Under the pieces are notes generated by a model. That model saw only the letters and a program-made list of their open reading frames with translations, ran no database searches and had not been told where the DNA came from. Shown here one piece after another: positions 9,210 through 19,618 of a stretch of 64,000 nucleotides of DNA. This DNA comes from Candidatus Micrarchaeota archaeon (GTDB lineage Archaea > Micrarchaeota > Micrarchaeia > Anstonellales > Bilamarchaeaceae). The stretch spans positions 1 to 64,000 of the forward strand of contig JBDRCX010000003.1 of assembly GCA_043821365.1 (NCBI GenBank), written 5' to 3'. A program made the position numbers and the translations under genes. Within the stretch, counting starts at the first letter, position 1; each line of letters opens with the position of its first letter.

Positions 9210-11628
9210 TAGGATTTGTTTCTCTTTTTGTAATTTTTCTATCTCCAGCAACAATTCTAAGAAACTCCCTATATCTCTCTCTCATATCCCTTGAAACTGA
9301 AATTCCACCTTCATTCCCAATCATCATATTTGATAAAGCCTGATCTAATCTTCTTGGAATTTGTGCACTTTCAACTTCAACCAAATGTGGTTTTCTTGGG
9401 TGCATATTAAATCCAACCAAAACTTTACCTCTGAGTTCTAAAAGTGCAATGTCATTTCCTTGCGAATCTCTACTCACCTCAATTTTTCTTAATACAACTC
9501 TATCATCTGTAATAGTTGCATCTGGTTTCCACATGGCAACCATAGGGACTGCAGTTCTAAGCATCTCTAAATCATATGAAACAACATCTGATTTTGGCTC
9601 TATTCTTTCTCTACCAGCTGGTATTTTTGGGTCAGAACTAAATAATTTTGCAGTTTCTGGAACTGCTTCAACATCTCTAACCTTTCTTAATTCAATTACT
9701 GCACTTTCAGTGACTAATTTTCCACATTGTTTGCCTTTTTCAGGTGTTAAAGTTAAATGTCCGGCAGTTGTAGCTTCAAATCCAAAACTATCCAAAACTG
9801 TCAGTACATCGCTTGTATATGGATAGCCTAAGGAAGAAGTAATTAGAATTCTTGTAGTCTCATCTGAGCTTCTGTTAAGTCGTACTAACATTTCAGCTGA
9901 TTGACTTGTTGTCAACCAGTGTGCAAAAGAAAGTAATAGAATTTGTTTTCTTGGTTCACCTGGAAATTTACCACTAAATATATCATCAACAAAATGATGT
10001 GTTAATGAAATTCCCGGAACAAGTGCAGCAACTCTTTCTGGCAGAGTTTCATGAAACATTGAGACAACTGCAGTGTCTGTACAAACACTTGCTTTTGCAA
10101 GTGTGACTATCTCTCTGAATCCCCAAAGCTGTTCCAGTCTATTGCCAATTAAATTATGCAATACATCACTTCTAGAAGCTCTCCAGACTTGCATTGCAAG
10201 TGCTATGCTTTGATCTACTGTTATCACATGTTCTGAAACTGCTCGCCTAAGAAATGCTAATTCTGGATAGTTATTCATATACCTGCGTAATGTTGTTGCA
10301 GAAATGCGCCTCCATTGATTTGCAAGATTTACTATTGCATCATAACCTCGTTTTTCTCTTGCTTCAAGAACTCTTGCATCAGTTCGTGATGAAAATTTAT
10401 GATCAGTTATAGTATTAAGTATCTCCCAGTCTCCACATTTTCTTATCCATTCTAGTTGTAATGAAGCAAGATCCACCCACCTCATTATTGCAGAAGCTTG
10501 AATCGTTATTCCGTGTCTCTCAGTTATCCATCCAACGATTGCCGGTGCAGTTGGATATTCTTTTTTATGTGCTTCTACTACCCTCAATATTATTCTTTCA
10601 AGTTTATCATGTGCTTTTTTTCTTACTCCATCATCTTCAACACCAGTAAGAACTTTACCTTTAAAATATTTCAAAAAAACACTAGATTTGCAACTGTCAA
10701 GCCAATTAGACTGGAGTTTTGATATATCAAGTTGTGTAGTTAATGTGCCACATGATATTCGTAAGCCATATTTACCCTCCAGGATATCTGCTATTTTTGG
10801 TGCCGCTGGAAAAACATCTGGATTTTCTTTTAATGCATCACTCACCATGGTTCTGAGTCGTTCTGTTACTAGTTTTTTTATTGAAGGATCAACTCTGCTG
10901 AATCTTCCATTCTTGAGTTCTTGTAAGAATGCAGTTCCATCACATTCTTTTATCCATCTTCTTTGGAATTTTTTAAGATCAGTTGTATTCTGAACTGCAG
11001 TTTCATTAAAATCAATATCATGTTTTTCTTTTATCGAACTTGCTACATTATATCCACTTGGAAAAATGTCTGGCTTCTCTTGAAGAAGATCGCCAACCAC
11101 TTCAGTGAATCTTCTTCTTATTGCTCTTCCTATTCTTCTAGAATCTCTTTTACTATTTATTTTACTGTTTTTCATGTTCCACAAAAGTGCGCGGGGTTCA
11201 CACCCCGCGATCCAGGTTAATTGCATGTCTGCTGTTTCTATGTATGTTGCAATAGTTGGAGCACTAATTCTTACCCCGTATGTTTCATGTAAATAATTAA
11301 CAATGCCCATATCTGTGGGGCACAAGCTTGGTCTTTTTGCAATTTCTCCATCAACTATCTTTCTTAATCTTTTTTCAACTGTAGTTTTGATTATGTCTAT
11401 GCCGGATCCAAACTCATTTTTACTTAATGCAACTAGGAATCTTTGTTCATTACTTGTTTTTATCCATCTAATCAAATATGGTGTTAAGAATGTCCTATTG
11501 AAACCATGTTCATGTCTTACCTGATACCCTCTTTCTCTGAGTCTAGATAAGACAGCAGTTGAACTAGGGCATAAACCAGGATCTTCCATTGCTATCTCTG
11601 TCAATCTAATTCGTTCTACCCTGTCCAT
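9196..11628 (-). CDS. 810-aa hypothetical protein with five tandem ~85-aa HTH-like repeats
   Basis: Long open frame; self-alignment shows repeated P-x4-I/V...E-x-Y/H-G-I-x-I...Q-x2-W-I-x2-C units at aa 17-440. Confidence 0.85.
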   Translation of the reverse strand: MDRVERIRLTEIAMEDPGLCPSSTAVLSRLRERGYQVRHEHGFNRTFLTPYLIRWIKTSNEQRFLVALSKNEFGSGIDIIKTTVEKRLRKIVDGEIAKRPSLCPTDMGIVNYLHETYGVRISAPTIATYIETADMQLTWIAGCEPRALLWNMKNSKINSKRDSRRIGRAIRRRFTEVVGDLLQEKPDIFPSGYNVASSIKEKHDIDFNETAVQNTTDLKKFQRRWIKECDGTAFLQELKNGRFSRVDPSIKKLVTERLRTMVSDALKENPDVFPAAPKIADILEGKYGLRISCGTLTTQLDISKLQSNWLDSCKSSVFLKYFKGKVLTGVEDDGVRKKAHDKLERIILRVVEAHKKEYPTAPAIVGWITERHGITIQASAIMRWVDLASLQLEWIRKCGDWEILNTITDHKFSSRTDARVLEAREKRGYDAIVNLANQWRRISATTLRRYMNNYPELAFLRRAVSEHVITVDQSIALAMQVWRASRSDVLHNLIGNRLEQLWGFREIVTLAKASVCTDTAVVSMFHETLPERVAALVPGISLTHHFVDDIFSGKFPGEPRKQILLLSFAHWLTTSQSAEMLVRLNRSSDETTRILITSSLGYPYTSDVLTVLDSFGFEATTAGHLTLTPEKGKQCGKLVTESAVIELRKVRDVEAVPETAKLFSSDPKIPAGRERIEPKSDVVSYDLEMLRTAVPMVAMWKPDATITDDRVVLRKIEVSRDSQGNDIALLELRGKVLVGFNMHPRKPHLVEVESAQIPRRLDQALSNMMIGNEGGISVSRDMRERYREFLRIVAGDRKITKRETNPIRRV

Positions 11629-11718
11629 CCATACTCATCTGTGTTTATTAGTATATTAATATGTCTTTAAAAAGACTTTTCTCTCATTATTTTAATTACT
11701 TCTCTTCAAAGCAAGTTT

Positions 11719-12996
11719 ATGATAGATATCCATATACTTAGGGGAAATCCAGCTATTGTCGAAGAATCATTGCGTAAAAGGCATTATTCTGAGGATTCAT
11801 TTGCATTATTATCAAAGATTCTAGAGCTAGATACTCAATGGAGAACAATAAAAAAAGAAGAAGAGCAGTTAAGGTCTGAGAGAAACAAATTAAGTGCTGA
11901 TATTAATGAGAAGAAGAAAGCAGGAGAAAGTATCGACGCAGAAATTGTTCGTTCTGGAGAAGTGAGTAAAAGGATAAAAGACATTTCAGTTGAAACAACA
12001 ACATTAGAAGAACAGATAAATGATCAGGCTCTTCTACTACCAAATATTCCTCACGATTCAGTTCCTATGGGTTCTGATGAGTCTGCAAATGTTGAAATAA
12101 GAACATGGGGAGAACCAATCAAACATCCAAATGATGTACTAGATCATCATGCACTTGGAGAAAAAACAAAATTAATTGATTTTGAAAGAGGAGTCAAACT
12201 AGCTCACCACAGATTTAGTATTCTCTATGGTGATCTTGCCAAACTTGAGAGAGCAATAATCAATTTCATGCTTTCCATACATGTTTCTCGCGGCTATGTT
12301 GAAGTTGCACCACCCTACCTTGTAAATACAAAAACAATGACTGGCACAGGCCAACTTCCAAAATTTAGAGACGAATTATATCAGTGTAAGGATGATGACC
12401 TTCTTCTTATTCCAACTGCAGAAGTTCCAGTAACAAATCTTTATTCGGGTGAAATAATCGAGGAAAAAAACCTTCCAACTAAATTTGCTGCATATACTCC
12501 ATGTTTCAGAAGGGAAGCAGGTGCATATGGGAAAGATATCAAAGGTCTTATCAGACAGCACCAGTTCAATAAGGTTGAACTAGTGAAATTCAGCCACCCA
12601 GCAACAAGCTTCCAAGAACTTGAAGGTCTTACTAAGGATGCTGAGCGTATTCTTGAACTTCTTGATATTCCTTATAGGGTAATTGAACTATGCACTGGAG
12701 ATCTTGGTTTTGCAAGTTCAAAAACCTATGATATAGAAGCGTGGATACCATCTCAAGATAAATACAGGGAAATATCTTCATGTTCCAATTGCACTGATTT
12801 CCAAGCAAGAAGGGCAAATATACGTTTTAGGGGCTCAAAAGGAGTTGAGTTTGTCCATACACTTAATGGCAGTGGCCTTGCAGTTGGCAGGACAATGGTT
12901 GCCATACTTGAAAACTATCAAGAAGACAAGAAAACAGTAGTAGTCCCAAAGGTTTTACAAAATTTCATGGACCAAGAGACAATTGAGCTTGAGTGA
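11719..12996 (+). CDS. serS: Seryl-tRNA synthetase (standard type)
   Basis: N-terminal coiled coil, PTAEVP, CFRREAG, GLIRQHQFNKVE, HTLNGSGLA. Confidence 0.98.
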   Translation: MIDIHILRGNPAIVEESLRKRHYSEDSFALLSKILELDTQWRTIKKEEEQLRSERNKLSADINEKKKAGESIDAEIVRSGEVSKRIKDISVETTTLEEQINDQALLLPNIPHDSVPMGSDESANVEIRTWGEPIKHPNDVLDHHALGEKTKLIDFERGVKLAHHRFSILYGDLAKLERAIINFMLSIHVSRGYVEVAPPYLVNTKTMTGTGQLPKFRDELYQCKDDDLLLIPTAEVPVTNLYSGEIIEEKNLPTKFAAYTPCFRREAGAYGKDIKGLIRQHQFNKVELVKFSHPATSFQELEGLTKDAERILELLDIPYRVIELCTGDLGFASSKTYDIEAWIPSQDKYREISSCSNCTDFQARRANIRFRGSKGVEFVHTLNGSGLAVGRTMVAILENYQEDKKTVVVPKVLQNFMDQETIELE

Positions 12997-12997
12997 T

Positions 12998-13732
12998 ATG
13001 GGCAAGAAACAACGTGTTCCATTTTGCAAAAACCACAAAGGTTCGATTAGATACACTTCAGACGGTAAATTCATCTATGCAGAAAAAGATGGAATTGACG
13101 TCAGGCTTGATATGTTTGATAAACATTATTACAAACTCCGACCAGTTAATGGAGTACCAATCCTTGAAATTGATGGTCTAAGGATGCAACTGATAAAAGA
13201 TTTCAAGACCCCTCTTGATTATGCCAAAGAGGTTGTTCACCAGTTAAAAATTCCTAAAAATGGTGAGTTTACCATTCTAGATACCTGCATGGGTTTGGGA
13301 TATACTGCAATTGAAGTTGCCAAACCCAAATCAGTTAAAATTGTAGTAACCTGTGAACTTTCAGAAGCAGTAGTAACATTAGCACAGTGGAATCCTTTTA
13401 GTGATCCATTATTCTCTAAAGATAGTAAAATAATACTTATGAATGGAAATTCATCTGATCTAATCAAAACATTTGAATCAAATATGTTTGATTTTCTTAT
13501 TCACGATCCACCAAGATTTTCGCATGCTCCTGATCTTTATGCTACTGAATTTTATACTGAACTTTATAGGGTTTGCAAACCAAAAGCTAGAATCTTTCAT
13601 TATGTTGGTTCAGTTGGTAAATCATCCGGGAGAAAAATCGAAATTGAAGTAGAAAAACGATTGAAATTAGTTGGTTTTAAGAATATAAAATACCTATCAA
13701 AGTTACAAGGACTTGTTTTTGAGAAGCTATAA
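12998..13732 (+). CDS. Predicted archaeal SAM-dependent methyltransferase (COG2521-like)
   Basis: LDTCMGLGYTAI motif I, IHDPPRFS, FYTELYRV. Confidence 0.8.
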   Translation: MGKKQRVPFCKNHKGSIRYTSDGKFIYAEKDGIDVRLDMFDKHYYKLRPVNGVPILEIDGLRMQLIKDFKTPLDYAKEVVHQLKIPKNGEFTILDTCMGLGYTAIEVAKPKSVKIVVTCELSEAVVTLAQWNPFSDPLFSKDSKIILMNGNSSDLIKTFESNMFDFLIHDPPRFSHAPDLYATEFYTELYRVCKPKARIFHYVGSVGKSSGRKIEIEVEKRLKLVGFKNIKYLSKLQGLVFEKL

Positions 13733-13756
13733 AAATCTCCGTGGCAATAGCTTTGT

Positions 13757-14683
13757 ATGGGTAAAGCAGTAGTGGTATCTAACATTTCTAAAGTATATTC
13801 TAGTGCTGGAGAACAGGTAATAGCATTAGATGATGTTAGTTTGACTATTGATTCTGGTGAAATTTTTGGTTTACTCGGACCAAACGGTGCAGGTAAAACC
13901 ACTTTGATCAGTGTCCTAGTTGGGATTCTAACACCTGATGACGGTAAAGCGGAAATTCTTGGTTTTGATTGTATAAAAGATACTAAAAAAATGCAAGAAA
14001 TCATAAATCTTGTTTCTGGTTTTACTGGTGCTTTATTTCGATTGTCATGTGAAGAAGCACTAATGTATTATTCACTTCTATATAACGTTCCAAATCCAAA
14101 CGAGAAGATTAAATCAGTACTTGAACTTGTTCATTTGGAAAATGCAAAGAATCTTGCAGTGGAAGATTTTTCAGCAGGTATGAAACAAAGATATTTGATA
14201 GCAAAATCACTTCTTAATGACCCTAAAGTTCTTATACTTGACGAACCAACCGTTGGTCTTGATGTTGAGTCAGCAATAAATATCCGAGAGATTATAAAAC
14301 GTCTTAGAAAAGAGGGAAGAACTATAATCTTAACAACACACAATATGTTTGAGGCAGAAGAGCTGTGTGATCGGATTGCATTCATCAACAACGGAAAGAT
14401 TCAGAATGTAGGTACATTTGCAGAACTCAAAGAAAAAGTTATTCATAAAAGAATAATTGAAATAAACTGTTCTGATGGCCGTCTAATTATTGAGGCACTC
14501 AAAGGAGTAAAAGGTATATCTGTCTTTTCCCATTCATCAAAACTTGTCCACATCGAAGTTGATAAATACGAGAGAATTAAGGATTTGATGAAATCACTTT
14601 CAAAAACAAAATCAGAAATATTTAATATCAGTGCACTTGAGCCAACACTCGAAGAAACCTATCTTAAGTTGATAAAAAGATGA
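13757..14683 (+). CDS. ABC-2 type exporter, ATP-binding subunit
   Basis: GPNGAGKTT, FSAGMKQR, LILDEPT, TTH. Confidence 0.95.
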   Translation: MGKAVVVSNISKVYSSAGEQVIALDDVSLTIDSGEIFGLLGPNGAGKTTLISVLVGILTPDDGKAEILGFDCIKDTKKMQEIINLVSGFTGALFRLSCEEALMYYSLLYNVPNPNEKIKSVLELVHLENAKNLAVEDFSAGMKQRYLIAKSLLNDPKVLILDEPTVGLDVESAINIREIIKRLRKEGRTIILTTHNMFEAEELCDRIAFINNGKIQNVGTFAELKEKVIHKRIIEINCSDGRLIIEALKGVKGISVFSHSSKLVHIEVDKYERIKDLMKSLSKTKSEIFNISALEPTLEETYLKLIKR

Positions 14684-15462
14684 ATAATATGAAAAGAATC
14701 CTAACGCGCATTTATTCTCAGGTTCATAAAAGTATGTCTTCACTTAAAAGAAATACTTTCAGGCTATCGGATATATTCATCTGGCCAATGATTTTTCTAT
14801 TTACATTAACTTTTTTCGTTACCTACCTTGGTACTGATAATGTTTATTTGCATATGATCATACTAGGTATGATGGGTTGGAGAATGATCTATTTCCTTAA
14901 TCTTGAGATGGTCAGTTCATATACTGAGGAATATTGGTCAAAGGCTCTGGCCCATTTAATGATATCTCCAATCACTAGGCTTGAAATGGCACTAGGAACT
15001 GCAATAAGCGGACTGTTAAAAGGAATTTTTGTCATTATTATTTACTTAATAGCAACACATTATCTATATGGCTTTTCAATTACAAACTGGTCCATCTTTC
15101 TTATTGCACTTGTATTCTTTGCCTTAATCGGTTTTTCCATGGGTTTGTTCACACTTGGTCTTGGTTATTTTATGAAGGAAGAGGCCTTCAACATAGCATT
15201 CATTTGGCCTGATGTTATAGTCTTGCTTTCAGGTGTATACTTTTCCGTTGATGCAGTTTATCCTGCATCCATCTTACCCTTAGTAAGATTATTGCCAAGT
15301 ACCCAAGCATTTGAATTGTTAAAGTCTATGAATGGACTTGGTAATCCAGATATGGTTATTTTAGTTTCCATGACTGCGTTGTGGCTTGTTTGTGGCTATA
15401 TCTTTAATGGATTCATGTATGAAAAAGCACGCAAAGCAGGTAAATTAGCAAGACTTGGTTAA
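14680..15462 (+). CDS. ABC-2 type exporter, permease
   Basis: About six hydrophobic segments, LSGVYFSV, LLPST; overlaps the ATPase stop. Confidence 0.88.
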   Translation: MNNMKRILTRIYSQVHKSMSSLKRNTFRLSDIFIWPMIFLFTLTFFVTYLGTDNVYLHMIILGMMGWRMIYFLNLEMVSSYTEEYWSKALAHLMISPITRLEMALGTAISGLLKGIFVIIIYLIATHYLYGFSITNWSIFLIALVFFALIGFSMGLFTLGLGYFMKEEAFNIAFIWPDVIVLLSGVYFSVDAVYPASILPLVRLLPSTQAFELLKSMNGLGNPDMVILVSMTALWLVCGYIFNGFMYEKARKAGKLARLG

Positions 15463-15468
15463 AGTTGA

Positions 15469-16680
15469 CTAGAAAACGCCCAAGACATAATTTATCTTCT
15501 CAATTGTTTCTATTATCAAAATACTATCATTTTTTGTTAATTTATTTTCATTTGTCATTTTTTCTATTTTGTTAAAAATTACAAAAATTCTTCTATAGGC
15601 AAGTTTGGTGTTCAAGTCATCATCCATTGCATTTGTAAAACCTTCCAATAGTTTTTTGCTCATCTTATTTCCTTTTTCAGAGTTTCCTTTATTTTTTATT
15701 TTTCTAAGTTTTGTTATTAATTTCCTTATTTTTTCACATTCACAAATTCTACTTTTGAATTTTTCTACTGTAAAATCAAGTGGATTTCTGTATTTCTCTG
15801 ATGTTAAATAGAATCTAAGACACTTTGGTGGAATCCCAGCTTTTTTCAATGGATCAACATATAGTACATTACCAGTTCTCTTTGACATTTTTCTTTTTCC
15901 AATGGTAAGATGTTTGGCATGAAGCCAAAAATTAGCGAATTTTTTTCCAGTAGCACACTCACTCTGTGCAATCTCATTTTCATGATGTGGGAAGATATTA
16001 TCTGTTCCACCACAATGTATGTCTATTGTTTCACCCAGATAATGCATTGCTATTGCACTACACTCTATATGCCAACCTGGTCTCCCATCTCCAAACTTAC
16101 TTTTCCAAAATACTTTCCCATCTCCTCTTGACCAGAATTTCCATAATCTAAAGTCCCAGTGCCCTTCTTTTGCATAATCATCTCTTGCAATTTTTCCAAA
16201 ATACGTGTTTCTTATTTTTTTAAGCCTCCCATATTTCTTATATTTTTTAATATTAAAATAAATCCCGTCTTTTTCTTTTTTGCAATAGCCATTTTCACAT
16301 AATTTTTCTATCAATTTAACCATTTCCTCTATGTGTAGTGATGCTTTGACTATCTTATTTGGTTTTAACATCCCAAGTTCTTGAAAATCTGATAAGAATT
16401 TTTTTATCTTATTTTTTTGTATCGTTTCCATGTTTTTGTTTTCTTTTTTTGCCTGTGCCATTGCTTTATCTTCAATATCAGTTATGTTCATAATTCTCTT
16501 GACACAAAAACCTTTGAATATCAAATATCTAACTAATATATCCTCGAAGAGGTAGGTTCTGAAATTCCCAATGTGGGAGTAGGCATATACAGAAGGACCA
16601 CAAGTGTATATCTTGGCGGTTTTGCCATCGATTGGCAGAAATCCTCTCTTCTTTTTACTCATAGTGTCAAACAATTTCAT
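15469..16680 (-). CDS. cysS: Cysteinyl-tRNA synthetase-like protein, C-terminally short
   Basis: YTCGPSVY, HIGN, GRPGWHIECS, FPHHENE, KMSKR; ends LGVF. Start set at MKLFDT. Confidence 0.88.
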   Translation of the reverse strand: MKLFDTMSKKKRGFLPIDGKTAKIYTCGPSVYAYSHIGNFRTYLFEDILVRYLIFKGFCVKRIMNITDIEDKAMAQAKKENKNMETIQKNKIKKFLSDFQELGMLKPNKIVKASLHIEEMVKLIEKLCENGYCKKEKDGIYFNIKKYKKYGRLKKIRNTYFGKIARDDYAKEGHWDFRLWKFWSRGDGKVFWKSKFGDGRPGWHIECSAIAMHYLGETIDIHCGGTDNIFPHHENEIAQSECATGKKFANFWLHAKHLTIGKRKMSKRTGNVLYVDPLKKAGIPPKCLRFYLTSEKYRNPLDFTVEKFKSRICECEKIRKLITKLRKIKNKGNSEKGNKMSKKLLEGFTNAMDDDLNTKLAYRRIFVIFNKIEKMTNENKLTKNDSILIIETIEKINYVLGVF

Positions 16681-16933
16681 TGGAAAATACCCGTTGCCAC
16701 ATGTTAAATACTTTTTGCTACTAATATATATCATGGTTTTAAAAACCAAAAAACCAAAAATTTATCTTCTAAAAAATCTTGGCTGGGTCGAAGTAAAGGA
16801 TTCGCTATCTCTCAACTGTCTTCATAATTTCAATCCTCTTCGTTGTCTAAAAAAACTATTGCTATCGTTAAAAGATCGTATAGATTCCTGTTTTCATACA
16901 GAATATTAATTCTTTCCATTCTATTACTTTTTC

Positions 16934-17269
16934 ATGATAACTGAATTAGATACTGATCCAAAATCTGCTATTAAGGATATTGATTTGGCTGTTGTTGTGT
17001 TCTATGCACCTTGGTGTGGGGATTGTAAAACTTCTGAGGAATTTGAATCAAAACTTATTCAAGAATTTTCCGATATTATACAATTTTACAGACTTGATGC
17101 CGTTAATCTTGAAGACATTGCAGATTCATATGGAGTCGAAAGATACCCCACCTATGTATTCTTCAAAAAAGGAAAAGCACTACGTGGAAATCTAGTTGAA
17201 CCTGTTGAGTATGGAGAAGCAAAAAATTGGGTTGAGATTCAAATAGAAAAATCAAAAAGATTAAGATAA
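16934..17269 (+). CDS. Thioredoxin-family protein
   Basis: FYAPWCGDC, YGVERYPT. Confidence 0.9.
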   Translation: MITELDTDPKSAIKDIDLAVVVFYAPWCGDCKTSEEFESKLIQEFSDIIQFYRLDAVNLEDIADSYGVERYPTYVFFKKGKALRGNLVEPVEYGEAKNWVEIQIEKSKRLR

Positions 17270-17312
17270 TTTACCGTTAACCCAGACGGAAAATTGTTCT
17301 ATTGTTATAACC

Positions 17313-19502
17313 TTACTCCATGAAAAATGCAGCTGTTGGTGGGTCTGGTCGTTCACCCTTTCTCTCACGGATCTGTCTTACAACTTTAGCAACAAGTTCT
17401 TTTGGCATCATATGATAACCTGCATACTCTTGATACCAAATTGCTCTTCCTTGTGTTGCACCACGGAGTTCATTTGCAAAACCAAACATCTCAGCAACTG
17501 GAAGCAGTGTTGTTATTGCTGCATTTTCACCTTCTTGTTGCATATCAACTAGTTGGCCTCGTCTACCGTTTGTTAATGTAATAACATTCCCTGCATAATC
17601 CTGAAGTGTGTTTATAAGTACTTTTTGTTTTGGTTCAAGTAAACTCACACCGGCAGTAAGCATAGCAGCATAGATGGCTCTTTTTGTAGTTGGAATCATC
17701 TGTGCAGGGCCACGGTGTATGTTATCCTCGTGGAGTGTTGCGTCCATAAGTTTTACCTTCACACCACTCATCTTTTCTTTTGCCAGTGGTCCTTGGTCCA
17801 AAGCTTCTTCGAAACCCTGTATCATAAGTTCTTCAACTTCATTCAAATATTGTATACCCTTGGTGCAGTCTATGAATACACTGCCATTATGGATATCATA
17901 AATGCTCTTTGCTTCTTCTCTTTCCATTCCTAATTCTATGAATTTTTCCCAAACTTCACGTCCTTTTGGTCTACCTTCTTTGACAACCCCTTCTTGGATA
18001 GCCTTTATAATTTCTGGTTCAAGAGGTTCAACCATGACTTTCAATTTGTTGTGTTTATTTGGTGATTTTCCTTCAACTACAGGAGAGTTACCAAGCAAAG
18101 CTTCTCTATAAACAACAATTGGGGATGATGTGATGATTGGTACTTTTTTCTCATTAATTATCTTGTATTCGATAATCTCCAAGTGTAATTCACCATTTCC
18201 ACTGATAAGGTTTTCACCTGTTTCAGCCAGTTGAACTTTGATTGTCGGGTCTTCTTTTGAAATACTTCTCAATGCCTCAATTAATTTTGGAAGATCTTTT
18301 TGGTCTTTAACTTCAATTGATTTTGTAATCACCGGTTCTGAATAGTGCTTAATTTGTTCAAATGGCTCTATTGGTTCAAGAGAAATTGTTTCCCCAACAT
18401 AAACATCTTTCATACCAACTATTGCACCAATATTACCTGCCATAATTTTATTGGCAGCTACTCTGTCCGGCCCCATGTAAATACCGACTTGCTGTACTTT
18501 GGCATATATCTTTTTCGATGCAATGTAAAGTTGCACGCCCTTTTCTATAGTTCCTGAGAATAATCGCATTACTGCAACTTCCCCAGCATGTTCGTCATAG
18601 ACAACACCAAAACAAACACCAACAACTTTTCCTTTTGCGTCACATGCAAGCATTGATTTTCCTTCGTCAGTTGTCAAATCCCCATGTCTCCACAGAACTG
18701 GAGTACGGTAAGCCTGTGCAACTTTTGGAGATGGTAAATGTGTAATTATTATCTCAAGTAGAACATCATCCAATGGGCTTTTCTCTACTAAGTATTTATG
18801 ATCTTCTTCTACACATTTGTTATAAATTTCAGGAAAAGTGATATTGAATTTTTTCATTGATTTGATTGAAACTGCCCATTTATTGAATGCAGTTCCAAAT
18901 GCAACATTTCCCTTGTTTACTGAAATTAACCAATCATCTTTTTTGTCTGGAGGTGCATTAGATTCTATAATCTTGTTTACTTGTGTAATAATTTTTACGA
19001 ATCGTTCTTGCATTCCTGCAGAATCCAATTTAAGTTCGTTGATTAGTCTATCAATTTTATTGATGAACAAAACTGGTTTTGCTCTTTCTTTTAATGCTTG
19101 TCTAAGGTTTGTTTCTGTTTGTGGCATAACTCCTTCCACAGCATCAACAACAAGGCAAATCCCATCAACTGCTCTCATTGCACGTACAACGTGGAAACCA
19201 AAATCAACGTGTCCTGGAGTATCTATTAAGTTGATAAGGTGGTCTTTCCCTTCAAAATTAAAACCTAATGAGATGTTTGCTGATTTGATTGTGATACCTC
19301 TTGCCTGTTCTTGCGGGTCAAAATCAGTCCATCTTTGTTCTCCAGCAAGTTCTTTTGATATAAGTCCTGCTCTTGCAACAAGTGAATCAGTTAATGTGGT
19401 TTTACCATGATCTACATGAGCAACAATAGCAACATTACGCACATATTCTGTGTGCTCCATCATCTTCTGTACTTCATCTACAACAAATTCTTTTCTTGCC
19501 AT
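17313..19502 (-). CDS. fusA: Archaeal elongation factor EF-2
   Basis: AHVDHGKTT, RGITI, DTPGHVDF, NKID, HRGPAQ diphthamide loop. Confidence 0.98.
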   Translation of the reverse strand: MARKEFVVDEVQKMMEHTEYVRNVAIVAHVDHGKTTLTDSLVARAGLISKELAGEQRWTDFDPQEQARGITIKSANISLGFNFEGKDHLINLIDTPGHVDFGFHVVRAMRAVDGICLVVDAVEGVMPQTETNLRQALKERAKPVLFINKIDRLINELKLDSAGMQERFVKIITQVNKIIESNAPPDKKDDWLISVNKGNVAFGTAFNKWAVSIKSMKKFNITFPEIYNKCVEEDHKYLVEKSPLDDVLLEIIITHLPSPKVAQAYRTPVLWRHGDLTTDEGKSMLACDAKGKVVGVCFGVVYDEHAGEVAVMRLFSGTIEKGVQLYIASKKIYAKVQQVGIYMGPDRVAANKIMAGNIGAIVGMKDVYVGETISLEPIEPFEQIKHYSEPVITKSIEVKDQKDLPKLIEALRSISKEDPTIKVQLAETGENLISGNGELHLEIIEYKIINEKKVPIITSSPIVVYREALLGNSPVVEGKSPNKHNKLKVMVEPLEPEIIKAIQEGVVKEGRPKGREVWEKFIELGMEREEAKSIYDIHNGSVFIDCTKGIQYLNEVEELMIQGFEEALDQGPLAKEKMSGVKVKLMDATLHEDNIHRGPAQMIPTTKRAIYAAMLTAGVSLLEPKQKVLINTLQDYAGNVITLTNGRRGQLVDMQQEGENAAITTLLPVAEMFGFANELRGATQGRAIWYQEYAGYHMMPKELVAKVVRQIRERKGERPDPPTAAFFME

Positions 19503-19618
19503 AAATTTCATCTCTTTTTTCTTATAGAAATTTATAATTGAACGGAACGCCGTTCAATACCATAAATTTCATCTCTTTTTTCTTATAGAAATTTATAATT
19601 GACCGAGACTCGGTCAAT
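19500..19618. repeat. 61-bp-period tandem duplication of the EF-2 start/leader with hairpins
   Basis: 42 identical nt at 19500-19541 and 19561-19602, each running into a different self-complementary segment ending tcaat. Confidence 0.9.

Noticed and set aside
16604-16909. 101-aa ORF overlapping the cysS start
   Set aside because: No motif, overlaps cysS in another frame, and looks like AT-rich intergenic read-through.
19500-19618. Mini-CRISPR array (repeat-spacer-repeat look)
   Set aside because: Only two units, the variable parts are ~19 nt and self-complementary, the repeat includes the EF-2 start, and there are no cas genes.
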